Source: Eledone cirrhosa (lineage: Eukaryota). Taken from it: DNA of 64,000 bases. The stretch covers positions 89,838,001 through 89,902,000 of the forward strand of contig OZ024742.1 in the NCBI GenBank assembly GCA_964016885.1, given 5' to 3'. A model generated the notes under the pieces. The model saw only the letters and a program-made list of their open reading frames with translations, had not been told where the DNA came from and ran no database searches. Positions 42,270 through 53,394 of the stretch are shown here, piece after piece (position 1 is the stretch's first letter; every line of letters starts with the position of its first letter). The translations under genes were made by a program, and so were the position numbers.

Positions 42270-42327
42270 ATACCTGATGATATCACCGGATTCATACGGA
42301 ACCCGGTCATTGAAATGATTATAGTAT
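42270..42327 (+). ncRNA. Hammerhead ribozyme motif (retrozyme terminal repeat)
   Basis: atac-CTGATGA-tatcaccgg..ccggtcatt-GAAA-tgatta-TA-gtat. Confidence 0.75.
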
Positions 42328-43019
42328 AATAAACCTTTCAAGGATTTACACAAATCCAGCCTCCTGTCATTTCATTATAATATTTAACTCCGTAATAGCA
42401 CCACCAACTACAAAAACAAAGACGGTTGAACTGCTTTACGTTGAGTACTCTCTATATTATTACATTACGATTGACAATACGGAATAGACCAGCTCTGTCA
42501 AGTGAAACTGCAAACTGAACTATATTGTACTTCTCCTATGTCTTGATTTCTCCAACTTACTCCAACACCACTCTTATTGCTTTATTTACATATTTATATC
42601 TATATATTGATATGTTTATATATTTATACCTTTGCTTTATCAATGTGCTCTTCCACGTATTCCACTTCTATGTATCCATGTATTTCTACTCCTCCTATTG
42701 GGACTTTTGCTCACTTGTACCCATTAGCACACGACACTAGAATGTCTCCCCCTGAGAACAAAAATAAATATTACACGACTATATCTCGTACTCTACATCC
42801 CACTAGGATAAATTATAGATCTACATAATACAATTAGCGTTTTTTCATAAAAGACTCTCTTTAATTAAACCCCGCAACCCAAAACCTCATAGAAGTTTTT
42901 TTAAATGTTTAATTTTCATTTTTCTGTTTGTTCAATTCTCAATCTTCTTACTCTTTAATTTTATAATGTTATTCTGAATTCTTTCAACTTCATCCTATAA
43001 ATTTAAGTAATATTTTAGA

Positions 43020-43790
43020 GTTCCAACTTTCTGTCGGACTGCTGGGTGGGTTTTGATGGCGGCGCAACCAGTCCCTGGCGCATGGGCCTACCTGGATTGC
43101 TTGGAAAAATAAATTTCCCCTTGTTTCGGTAAATGAAACTACCCGGAGTGGCTTAATTCGACCCGGGGGCCCGGAGCGCGGCCGGTGTTTTAACCGCCAC
43201 ATTGTACCTTTAAATTACAGATCAAATCAGAACTATTAGATATATCAACCTTAAAATGTTAAACTTTCTGTCGGACTGCTGGGTGGGTTTTGATGGCGGC
43301 GCAACCAGTCCCTGGCGCATGGGCCTACCTGGATTGCTTGGAAAAATAAATTTCCCCTTGTTTCGGTAAATGAAACTACCCGGAGTGGCTTAATTCGACC
43401 CGGGGGCCCGGAGCGCGGCCGGTGTTTTAACCGCCACATTGTACCTTTAAATTACAGATCAAATCAGAACTATTAGATATATCAACCTTAAAATGTTAAA
43501 CTGTTTAACTTTAAATTTTCTAATTTCTTTAATATTAAATATTAATTATTAATTTTTTCTACTTCATCCTATAAATTTAAACAATATTTTAAAGTTCCAA
43601 CTTTCTGTCGGACTGTTGGGTGGGTTTAATGGCGGCGCGATCAGCCCCCTGACGCATGGGCCTACCTTGAGTGCTTGGAAAAATAAATTTCCCCTTCTTT
43701 CGGTAAATGAAACTACTCGGAGTGGTTTAATTCGCCCGGGGGGCCCGGAGCGGCCGGTGTCTTAACCGCCACATAGTACCTTTAAATTAC
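43020..43790 (+). repeat. Three tandem GC-rich modules of about 190 nt (two in the mirror arm, 40660-41190)
   Basis: Units start at about 43025, 43263 and 43598; core gcttggaaaaataaatttccccttstttcggtaaatgaaactac. Confidence 0.9.
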
Positions 43791-44602
43791 AGATCAAATC
43801 AGAACTATTAGATATATCAACCTTAAAATGTTAAACACTGTTTAACTTTAAATTTTCTAATTTCTTTAATATTAAATATTAATTATTAATTTTTTCAACC
43901 TCATCCTATAAGTCTAAACAAAAACGTAACGTTCCAATATTCTGATCACACATTATAACACACTGACCCCCAATATATTCACCTCTGCTAAGATACGGGT
44001 CCCTGTGAAAATTTTCTCGCGCCACTCCTTGCCTGACTGTAGTCTGACATTAATATTGACCTTTCTTCCTCTTTCTTTCTATCTTCCTTCTTGTAGCCAC
44101 GAAACCTTACTTTTCTACTTCTTCATTCTCTTCCTTCTCTCCTCCCCTCTTTCTGTCTTCCTCCCGCAGACTTATCTTCCTTCCCCCTTTTTGTTTGCCT
44201 ATATCTGACCGGTAGTAGTTGTTTAGATACGGGTCCCGTAGAATAAAAAAAAAATTTCTTCGCGACAATCCTGGCCTGACTGTAATACCGACCTTTCCTC
44301 CTCTTTCTTTCTGTCTTTCTTCTTATAGCTGACTTTAACCCTGGCTTCTCTTCTTCTTCCTTCCCCCTTCTTCTCTCTCCCTCCTTTCTTTCTTTTGTCT
44401 TGTGGCATGAGATTAACGCTAACTTATGTTCCCATCCCTTTCTGTTTTCCTCTATCTGACCGGTAGTAGCACACTGTAAGCTTTAGCCACATCACTCGAG
44501 GGCGACCGGATAAGGTAGAAGGTAGAGGATAGCGATCGCCCTCGGGTGCTCGATTTTCAGCCCCATGGATTTTATCTATTACATTCACGTATTATATTTC
44601 GA

Positions 44603-44660
44603 ATACCTGATGATATCACCGGATTCATACGGAACCCGGTCATTGAAATGATCATAGTAT
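44603..44660 (+). ncRNA. Hammerhead ribozyme motif (retrozyme terminal repeat)
   Basis: atac-CTGATGA-tatcaccgg attc atacg gaac ccggtcatt-GAAA-tgatca-TA-gtat; palindromic stem III; U-U at the base of stem II. Confidence 0.8.
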
Positions 44661-45970
44661 AATAAACCTTTCAAGGATTTACACAAATCCAGCCTCCTGT
44701 CATTTCATTATAATATTTGCTCCGTAATAGCACCACCAACTACAAAAACAAAAACGGTTGAACTGCTTTACGTTGAGTACTCTCCATATTATTACATTAC
44801 GATTGACCATACGGAATAGACCAGCTCTATCAAGTGGTGAACCTCAAACCTGAATATATATATATATATTATTCAATTTAGGAAAGTTTGTTGATCATTT
44901 AATCCGCTGACGTTTTTTGTAAACGGACATAAAGCACTCTATAAAATATCATTTTCGTTTATTCTAACTTTATTTGATTTTGTTTTTTTTATTTTCTAAT
45001 TTAATTTAATTGTTTGATAATATAGTTAATATTACAATTGATGTAGAGAATATAAAACACATACAAATGCTCAGATAGATGAGAACCGAACTCACCGAAA
45101 CTGGAAACTAAAGGAACTAGAATTTATGCTCAGTGCATGGAATTGAGCTAATGGCTCCCTTTCAAACAAGCTAATTAAGGATGCCCTACAAAGATGTGGC
45201 TTTCTGAGAACTTGGGCACAGCTACAACTGAAAAAGAACGAATTTATTCGTGCCTACTCGCTTGTTCTGCTACACGTGGATCAGTTGAGCCACATTTGGT
45301 CAGAGGACACAAAAGAAGAAGGGGAAGAAGTCGAAAACTAAGAAAAACAAAGTTCCTGGGAAAAAGAAGGCCCAGGTTCTCTGTGAATTCCACAAGAAAG
45401 TGACCTGTTAGCATAGGGCGTCTGGGACAAACTGCGGGTTTGCAAGTCGCACCCATCCTGCTTATGCCAACTACCCAAGCCAAAACCAACATGTGCAAAC
45501 AATACAGTGCACAGGGTCACTGTCCAGGATGTATGCTGAGGTTGTACGCACTCCCCTGATGACGAGAAGGAAGTATACAGAAGCAGTACAGAGTTTTAAC
45601 TGGATAAAAGGACTTTTTTTTTAATAACGGAAAATATAGTGAGACAGATGACTTAGCTTCGTCAACTACAAAGCCAAATTCAGTCACATCAACACTCGCG
45701 ACCACCACAAATAAAAGAGCTGGTGTGGCCGCTTCTGATACCCACGCAAGTGCCATATAAGCAGCCACCACTGATCCCTAAAATGTCACACTAGTGCTAC
45801 TAGTAAATGATCTTCTAACTGACACTCAGTATGGCTTTCGTCCGGGTAGAAATTGTATATGTTGGGAAGGTGATGTTTCAAATGAACACACACGCCGCTG
45901 TTGTTTTCACTTCAATTTATTACAAATTACCGGGTGGTTGGTTCAATAACCCGATGGTTGTTTATTTATC

Positions 45971-46013
45971 GTCAAAGCTCTTTCGTCACACATTCTGTGA
46001 CCTCCTCAGTGAC
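45971..46013 (-). ncRNA. Type I hammerhead ribozyme motif
   Basis: Minus strand: gtca-CTGAGGA-g gtcaca gaatg tgtgac-GAAA-gagc tt-tgac; same family as 5076-5118. Confidence 0.7.
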
Positions 46014-47096
46014 TACCCTAATAATTTAGCTCCAATTAGTTGAGCGCTTTACGATGTAACCGATATGGTGGAGAAGAGAGGAACCAACCATAAGCTACCC
46101 CGGAAATTCCCTCTACTATGGGGATGGAAACCCCTTACACTGGACGGACATACTAGTAACTTTCGGCCGGATAAATACGCGGAAACAAATAATAGGATAA
46201 ACCCCTATTTTCCTGCACCAAATCGCATTTGAACAGAGGCCCCCTCAATTCAATCTATACATGGACAGAAGGACAATCATATGGATCATTTTGCATATAT
46301 GTACTCTGTGTTTTTGCATTTATTCACTATTGGTTCTGTTCTTTTCTTTTGTGTACTTTATGTCTGTTTTTCTTTGATTTTGTTCCATGTGATGATAATT
46401 AAAACTGTGTACCAGCTTCACTAATGCCTGGAGCCCTGTAGTTATAATGTACGGCACTGTCGTTCAATATGTGGATAGAGTAACTGGGACACTAGAATCC
46501 CTCTCAGAACATATTACTTAAACATCTCCCTCCATATTATTTACTCACTTCAGTCTATATTTTTACTCACCTCAATCCGAATTATCACCCGAAAAGAATT
46601 TTTTTTATTCTTTAATTTCTAATTGTTAATTTCTTAATTGTTTAATTTATAATTTCTGATATTTGATTTAGGATTTTAATTTTTATTTCCAACTCTCACT
46701 CTTAACTTCCAACGTAAAACCATGATACCTATAATAAGTTTGTTTTCCCTTATAAGGTGATGGTCAGTCGTACCTTCAATGCTTAGTGAGGGGTAGTATT
46801 ATGACCTGTAAAAACTAACACTCTCCCATCCCCTCTGGCTCTCGGCTGACTGCCACAGCCGTACAGGCATTGGTGGGCCATTGTTTTGGATGATAGGGTG
46901 AACTGACTAAGCAAATTTCGTTGAAGTCTGCGGTGGCGAATGGTCAACTTCCTTCGGACATGCGCTTGCGCAGGCCGGTGGGGGTGAATTGGTATTCACA
47001 AGGGAGCGGATGAAAAACCCCAAAACACGCAATTCATCCGTTCCCTTGTCGATCCAATTTGGATTGCCTCGGAAACATAACCTTATTATGTAACAA

Positions 47097-47170
47097 GCTG
47101 TCTGATGATGACACGACACTCGCACACAGAACAGTGTGGCCAGTGTCGTCACTGAAATATATATCATAGC
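47097..47170 (+). ncRNA. Type I hammerhead ribozyme motif at the 3' end of a roughly 1.2-kb non-coding element
   Basis: gctgt-CTGATGA-tgac acgacact...agtgtcgt cact-GAAA-tatata-TC-atagc; (TA)n begins about 125 nt downstream. Confidence 0.75.
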
Positions 47171-47292
47171 ATTATTATTAAAGGACTTGAACATCTGAAA
47201 CTACTTCGCTTTTCCTTATTCGATATTTACTCCGTCACTCCTATGTGGAAAAAGTACGTTGAGTGCTTGAATTGAATTGCATCAATGTTTAC

Positions 47293-47378
<86 letters not shown>

Positions 47379-47606
47379 CATATATTCATATACATATAAT
47401 ATATATATTACATATATATTCATATATATATATCTTATATGCAATATGTTGAAAAGGTAACACACTAGAGAGAGAAAGTGTGCCATCAATAAAACAGGGA
47501 AAACCACCAGTGAATGGAATCTATAACTATGGAAGGCAGGGTATACACACAATAATTAAAAATATAAATTAAAATGTATATACGCACCTCTATAATTATA
47601 TAACAC

Positions 47607-47685
47607 ACGCGTACAAATCCAAAGAGATCTCTTTCGCCAGGAAGTTGTTGACTGAAATACAATAGCCTAGGGTTCATCAGCGCGT
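47607..47685 (-). ncRNA. Hammerhead ribozyme motif (mirror arm)
   Basis: Minus strand: acgcg-CTGATGA-accctag...ctggc-GAAA-gagatc..gattt-GTA-cgcgt. Confidence 0.65.
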
Positions 47686-48205
47686 ACTAGACTATACATT
47701 CCAGGCAACTCTAAGATAATCTAAAGCGACCGTCCAGCTACACGCGGCAGAGAGATGTCGCAGCTTGTTTAGGAAAGTGAAGCAGTGGTATCTGAGGGAC
47801 GAGCTGCTAGAAAGGGCAGCCCAAAAACCACTCAAAGAAGTGTGATGAACCAAACAGAGAGAGAGAAAGGAACGTTGTTATAAGGTGCGAAATATCACGA
47901 TAAATTAACGGAGCCATAGACTCTCCAGGATTCCTTTTCCTTTGAGCACATTATTGACAGGGAATAACAAGAGTCTATGGCTCCGTTAATTTATCGTGAT
48001 ATTTCGCTCCTTATAACAGTCTTTCCTCTCTCTTTGTTTGGTTGAGCACACTTCTTTGAGTGACTTTTGGGCTGCCCTTTCTAGCAGCTCGTCCCTCATA
48101 TACTACTGGTTCACTGCCCTAAACACTCTGTGACATCTCTCTGCCGCGTGTAGCTGGACGGTCACTTTAGATTCTCTTAGAATTGTCTGGAATGTATAGT
48201 CTAGT

Positions 48206-48284
48206 ATGCGCTGATGAACGCTAGGCTATTCCATTTCAGTCAACAACTTACTGGCGAAACAGATCTCTTTGGATTTGTCCGCGT
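48206..48284 (+). ncRNA. Type I hammerhead ribozyme with a full-length stem III
   Basis: atgcg-CTGATGA-ac gctag...ctggc-GAAAC-agatc tctttg gattt-GTC-cgcgt. Confidence 0.8.
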
Positions 48285-48520
48285 GTGTTATATAGTTATA
48301 GAGGTGCGTATCTACATTTTAATTTATATTTTTAATTATTGTGTGTATACCCTGCCTTCCATAGAGTATAGATTCGATTCACTGGTGGTTTTCCCTGTTT
48401 TATTGATGGCACACTTTCTCTCTCTAGTGTGTTACCTTTTCAACATATTGCATATAAGATATATATATATGAATATATATGTAATATATATATTATATGA
48501 ATATGAATATATGTATTATG

Positions 48521-48575
<55 letters not shown>

Positions 48576-48578
<3 letters not shown>

Positions 48579-48751
48579 TTAAAACAATCAATTGATTTTT
48601 TATTTCATTGTTTTAACTTATATCATGACTCTGTTTTCCCTTTAATGTTTTATGTTTTCCGGGATTTATCTTAACCTACAACATTTTGAACATATGGATT
48701 ACATCGAGTTCTTCATGCAGAATAGACCCCACAAGTTACTCTGGATACCTC

Positions 48752-48757
<6 letters not shown>
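48576..48757. mobile_element. Miniature copy of the 38576-39660 family with a 13-bp inverted arm, between (TA)n tracts
   Basis: aagttaaaacaat...attgttttaactt atatcatgactctg...gatacctctgtgt(ATAT). Confidence 0.8.
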
Positions 48758-48821
<64 letters not shown>

Positions 48822-48956
48822 TTGGAGGCTTAGTAAAATAGAATCTTTGGCGGTGTGCGAGCACATTCGACCTACGATATGAATGCATTAGCAAATGGAT
48901 ATGGATATATATATATATATAATATATATGTAAGTATGCATACGTACATATAAATG

Positions 48957-48987
<31 letters not shown>

Positions 48988-49740
48988 CTAAAATCAAGGG
49001 AATGCAAATACTGAACAAATCTTAAAATAAATTCTAAATAATTCACTGTACTTACTGTATGTGCCCTTACCGCGGTTTCAAATCCCAAATGAATAGATAA
49101 TCCAAGCGGATTTTCATTAAGAAAAAGATTCTCGTCAGAAGGCATTTCTCTCTCGGAGAATATAAAATTCCCGAGTTAAAAATTATAAACTAGCGCCATT
49201 CAAAACTGCCTCAGAATGAGAGCAAATAAATGATAAACCAGTTTTGTCATGGTACCGTGTGCAAAAGCAAAAGCAGGGTGGACAGGTCAATCCTGTACTG
49301 CTAAAAATAGCAGCCATTCAGACGACCAAAGATGTCTCTACCATTGGGGAGAATAATAATAAAAGTATATGTCTCTACATGTAATTAATACACACAAGGA
49401 CACAAGTATGGTCCGACCATATATATATATATATATACATTCCACACAATACAATTAGTTAGCACCCCGAACGTTTAATTAGGAATATACTCACTTTCCT
49501 AATGTTTGTTGAGTGAGTTTGGATTTGGCCGGCGCATTGCTATTAGCTTTCTCCGATAATGTATTTATATATATATATATATATAAGCAAGATGTATGGT
49601 AGGTCGTACGTAAATCGCGATGATCACGCCTGATCTACCAAATATGCGACGGTAGCTAGTTAAGCTCTATGCGTATAAGCAGAGCAGAAATATTAATGAA
49701 AAAGAACAAAGGAACTATTATGACATTATAACAAGTTTAT

Positions 49741-49787
49741 TGCCGACAGCCGTTTCGTCCGACCATATGGTGGGACTTTTCAGGGCA
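49741..49787 (-). ncRNA. Hammerhead motif with CUGAAAA core (C3-A8 mismatch, possibly inactive)
   Basis: Minus strand: tgcc-CTGAAAA-gtcc caccatatggtc ggac-GAAAC-ggct-GTC-ggca. Confidence 0.7.
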
Positions 49788-50769
49788 TATAACAGGTGAT
49801 TGTAAGTTCATTATTTACATCAACGTTTCACTCAAGATTAGCAGTTTGAAATCGTGGTATACATCAACAGCTCTGCTTGTATATTTGGGGTCTATATTCT
49901 AAGGGGGCTCTTTTATATTAGTTGTAGGAGTTGTAAAAGGGATGGGTTATAGGGAGTTAAGAGAATTTAAAAAGGGCCTAAGAGTTAGGGATTGAAGGTT
50001 AAAAATTAAAGAATTTATAAGTTACGCATTAAAAGTAAGAGACTTGGGATCTCGTAAAGCACCTTTAAAAATCCCTCAATAAGCGCATAAAGCTTATAAG
50101 CCCCAATAAACCTAAAGGAAAGGGATGTTTCTCTTTGTTGAATATAAGTCATCAATTTAGCGGAGAAGTATTTAGAGAGTTGTAATGTTGCCACGAGGAA
50201 CCACCGTTGGTAGAAAGATATGATAGGAATATCGACAACGACTTCAGCATGGTTTTACATTATTTATTAACAGAGGTTGAGCTGGCATGCCAAGAGAAAT
50301 AAAACAAATAAATTAAGATTACAAGAGAAAATACGGGCGACTGGCTGAAGGCGTTTGGCCAGGCTCGTAGGTAATGTTTTGTCGTTACATATTGTTTGTG
50401 CTTACGGAGCAAAAGAACAAGCGTGTTTTACCTTAGCATGGTCCAGCTGCGAGTCATAGCGTCCTCAAATCTTTGCGGGCTATTTCTCCTTCAGAACGCG
50501 TAGGGATACATCCTCTTCTCCCGGCGCTGATTGGCTGAGCTGAGCCAAATCACGCACAGAGAATGTATGTGAGCCCCCGGAATGTAGGTCACTACAAACC
50601 TAACAAACCAGAAGAGATTAAGAGAATAAAAAAAAATTAAAAAATAAAAATAAAAAGTTTCCTAAAAAATTCCTTCAAAGACAAAATAAAAATTTTTTCT
50701 AAGAGATCCCCTTAAAAAATTTTAGAAAATTTACGAAGATTTAATAATCCCTACGAAAGTTCTAAACTC

Positions 50770-50832
50770 AAAAATTAAAAATTAAAAATTAAAAATTAAA
50801 AATTAAAAATTAAAAATTAAAAATTAAAAATT
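50770..50832. repeat. (AAAATT)n hexamer microsatellite
   Basis: About 10 perfect units. Confidence 0.9.
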
Positions 50833-52431
50833 AGGGAAAAGAACTTTCAATAAGAATTAAGAGGTTAATAATGTTAATGATTTAGGGAATCCATAATATA
50901 AAGATTAAGATTTAAGTTAGGATTTGAATTTTAAGAGTTCCAAAACCAGAAATTAAAAAATTTAATGAATTTAAGATTAAGCAATCTTATATATCCAAGA
51001 TTAAAAATTAAAGATTAAGGGGTTGAACATTAAATTTAATTTTAAAAATTAAGAAATAAATAGTTGAAAGAAATTAATGAATTAAAGGTTAATTCAAAAA
51101 TCCTTCAGAAAATACCTCAGAAAAGGCCCTTTAATATTTTTAACAAAAACCTCTTCCGAAAGACCCTTCAAAGAATTAAAATTTTAGAGAACCTTTAAAA
51201 TATATATATAAATGAATTGAGGAAAATTACAAATTAAAAATTAAAAATTAAAAATTACGGGATTTGGGAGATCCGAGGAATTTTCAAAGGGCTGCTTCAA
51301 CAGATACAGCAACTTAGGTATAATAGATAAAGTAATTTAAGTAACTTAAGTAATCTAATTAAGGAGCAATTCAAAGAGCTTATCAAGTTGGGAAAGATTA
51401 AAGAAAATGATAAGTAAGAAAATATATAAGCAAAAAGAAAATAATTATAGAATGTATTTTTAATAGCTTCAGTAATCTAATAATGTATTATCAAAAAATT
51501 ATTAATATAGGATTAACAAAGACATAATAATATATTCCTGCCTAATTAACAAACAATCAATAAACAATTAACAGTCAAGCAAATTTACTCAGGGATATCC
51601 CACGCACGGATACTTTACACACATACAGCAAGATGAACAATACAGGTGACCTTGTGGGTGCGATATCCATTGTGCCAGGCAGTCATCTGCATAGCTCCAG
51701 GCACAGTTAGTCTTGTTGAAAAGTTCCGAGTTCACGAATCAACTGGGATTCACTATCAGCTGTGTGGACTCTCTGGGAAATGTACCTATGGATCAAATAG
51801 CTATTGGTCGCAGGGTGTGGTCCGTTCGATCTTTTCCATGTAGTTTCGGTCGTGCCAGTTATTAATCCATCCGTGGGATTGCACACGTTTGCGATAGATC
51901 AGCCTGTCGGTTCTAAATCCAAGGTTTTGCTGTATTGGATATATTGGTGTACATGATATATTGGTAAAAAAGTCCAGTATGGACTTGACTTGGGTGGTAT
52001 ATTGCGTCTCTCGCTATTACCCCCTCCTCTCACCAATTCCAAGTTCACACGCGACTTGTCAAATGCTAAGGGCTGTCCCCTGTTTGCTTGTTGTAGGGGT
52101 CGGTTCTAGCTTAGATGGTGGTTGTGTTATCCATGTTGCTTCTATATCCCGTCAGTCATGCATATTCAAGACAGATCACGGTATATATGCAGATATTTGC
52201 GGGTATGGTCCGGCGTCTACGCTATCCAAAGGGTCTCTCTTGTGGTATTTTCAAATTCGCATGTCATCTCCCGGTTAAGTCTGCGCATGCTTCGGTGAAT
52301 CCCGTGCATGGAATCTTGGGGTATCATATTACACGGGGTGACTAGCAGAAAATACATACTCCATGCTATCGCGCAGGTGCAGGCCTGTGGCTACGACCAT
52401 GTCCAGTCTCGGGTAGTAGCAGACAGCAGGT

Positions 52432-53385
52432 ATAATTCAAAGGGTTATATGTATATAATTCGACATAGTCACAGATACATATGTGAGTTTGGCTACCTTT
52501 CACGGTGTGGCTCAATGAAGAATTAATTAGTTCTTCAAACTTGCAATATTTTATATATAGCACTGATTAATCATTATTTGCTTAATTAATTCTTCATTGA
52601 GCCACACCGTGAATGCTTGCCAAACTCATATCTGTATCTGTGACTATGTCTAATTATATACATATATCCCTCTGAATTTAATATATACTCCCGTAAGGTT
52701 GAGTAAAACTTTAGGTAGTATCTGGCTGCGCTTTCTATCAACCAGCCTACTTGCCGACTGGCAACCAATCACTACTCTCTGCCTTGACCGCTAGTCACGT
52801 GATAGTTCTTAGTCATTTTTTAATTCATTTCTGGCGGGGATCACGGTAGAAATTTTCGGCCAGACTCGAGGTGTCTCTTGAAGAGTTCCAAGCCTTGTGG
52901 ATAGATCCAGGATTGGGTATATCCGGAGAAAATGAACAAAACTACCTGTAGTCGACACTAGAGGAATTTTGGTAAAGTTGATATGCATTTATACTTCTAA
53001 CTTCTATTTATACCTAACTCCGTGTAGTTGATTATTTATCTAGTCAATTTCTAAGGGCTAAAAGGAATGACTAGGTAAATTTTATCTGGCTATCCCTCGA
53101 AGAAGATAGTCTGTATCATTTGTCTATTATTTCTTCATAGTTATTTTTTAAACTTGAGCCTCGTTTAAATGATTATTTATGTGGTTAATTTCTACGGGCT
53201 TGGGAAAGGAAATACTGTATATATTTTATCTAATAGCTCTTCAAACTTGCAATTTTATATATAGCTCTGATTAATGATTATTTTCTTAATTAATTCTTCA
53301 TTGAGCCACACTGTGAAAGGTAGCCAAACTCATATATGTATCTTTGACTAATTATATACATATATCCCTTTGAATTTTATATATA
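52432..53385. repeat. Non-coding repeat with about 150-bp direct terminal repeats (52530-52685, 53238-53385) and a 5' inverted copy (52432-52530)
   Basis: aattaattcttcattgagccacac.gtgaa..gccaaactcatat occurs twice on the plus strand and once inverted; the body matches 34810-35410. Confidence 0.75.
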
Positions 53386-53394
53386 TATGTATAT

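Larger units (their letters stand above)
39730..44853. mobile_element. 5.1-kb head-to-head palindrome of a non-coding, HHR-bearing LTR-like (retrozyme-like) element, (TA)n at both ends
   Basis: 39730-42121 is the reverse complement of the right arm 42124-44853; each arm has about 400-bp direct terminal repeats (e.g. 42124-42520 and 44457-44853), each containing an HHR. Confidence 0.9.
47370..48525. mobile_element. Non-coding head-to-head palindrome (arms about 550 bp, 47-bp spacer) between (TA)n tracts, one HHR per arm
   Basis: Left arm ends ...ggagccatagactc at 47923; right arm starts gagtctatggctcc... at 47971. Confidence 0.9.

Noticed and set aside
40631-43439. Repeated small ORFs (MWRLKHRPRSGPPG.., MYFSYVLIS.., MLYLHIYIY..)
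   Set aside because: They recur only because the DNA is duplicated; frames are not kept in the diverged 62.6-kb copies and there are no recognisable domains.
39730-44853. Palindromes as sequencing or assembly foldback artifacts
   Set aside because: The arms differ by many substitutions and by module copy number, and endpoints recur at family-specific sites. An artifact is therefore unlikely, though long-read confirmation is still advisable.
45194-45771. Basic and Cys-containing short ORFs
   Set aside because: No recognisable domain or convincing splice structure.
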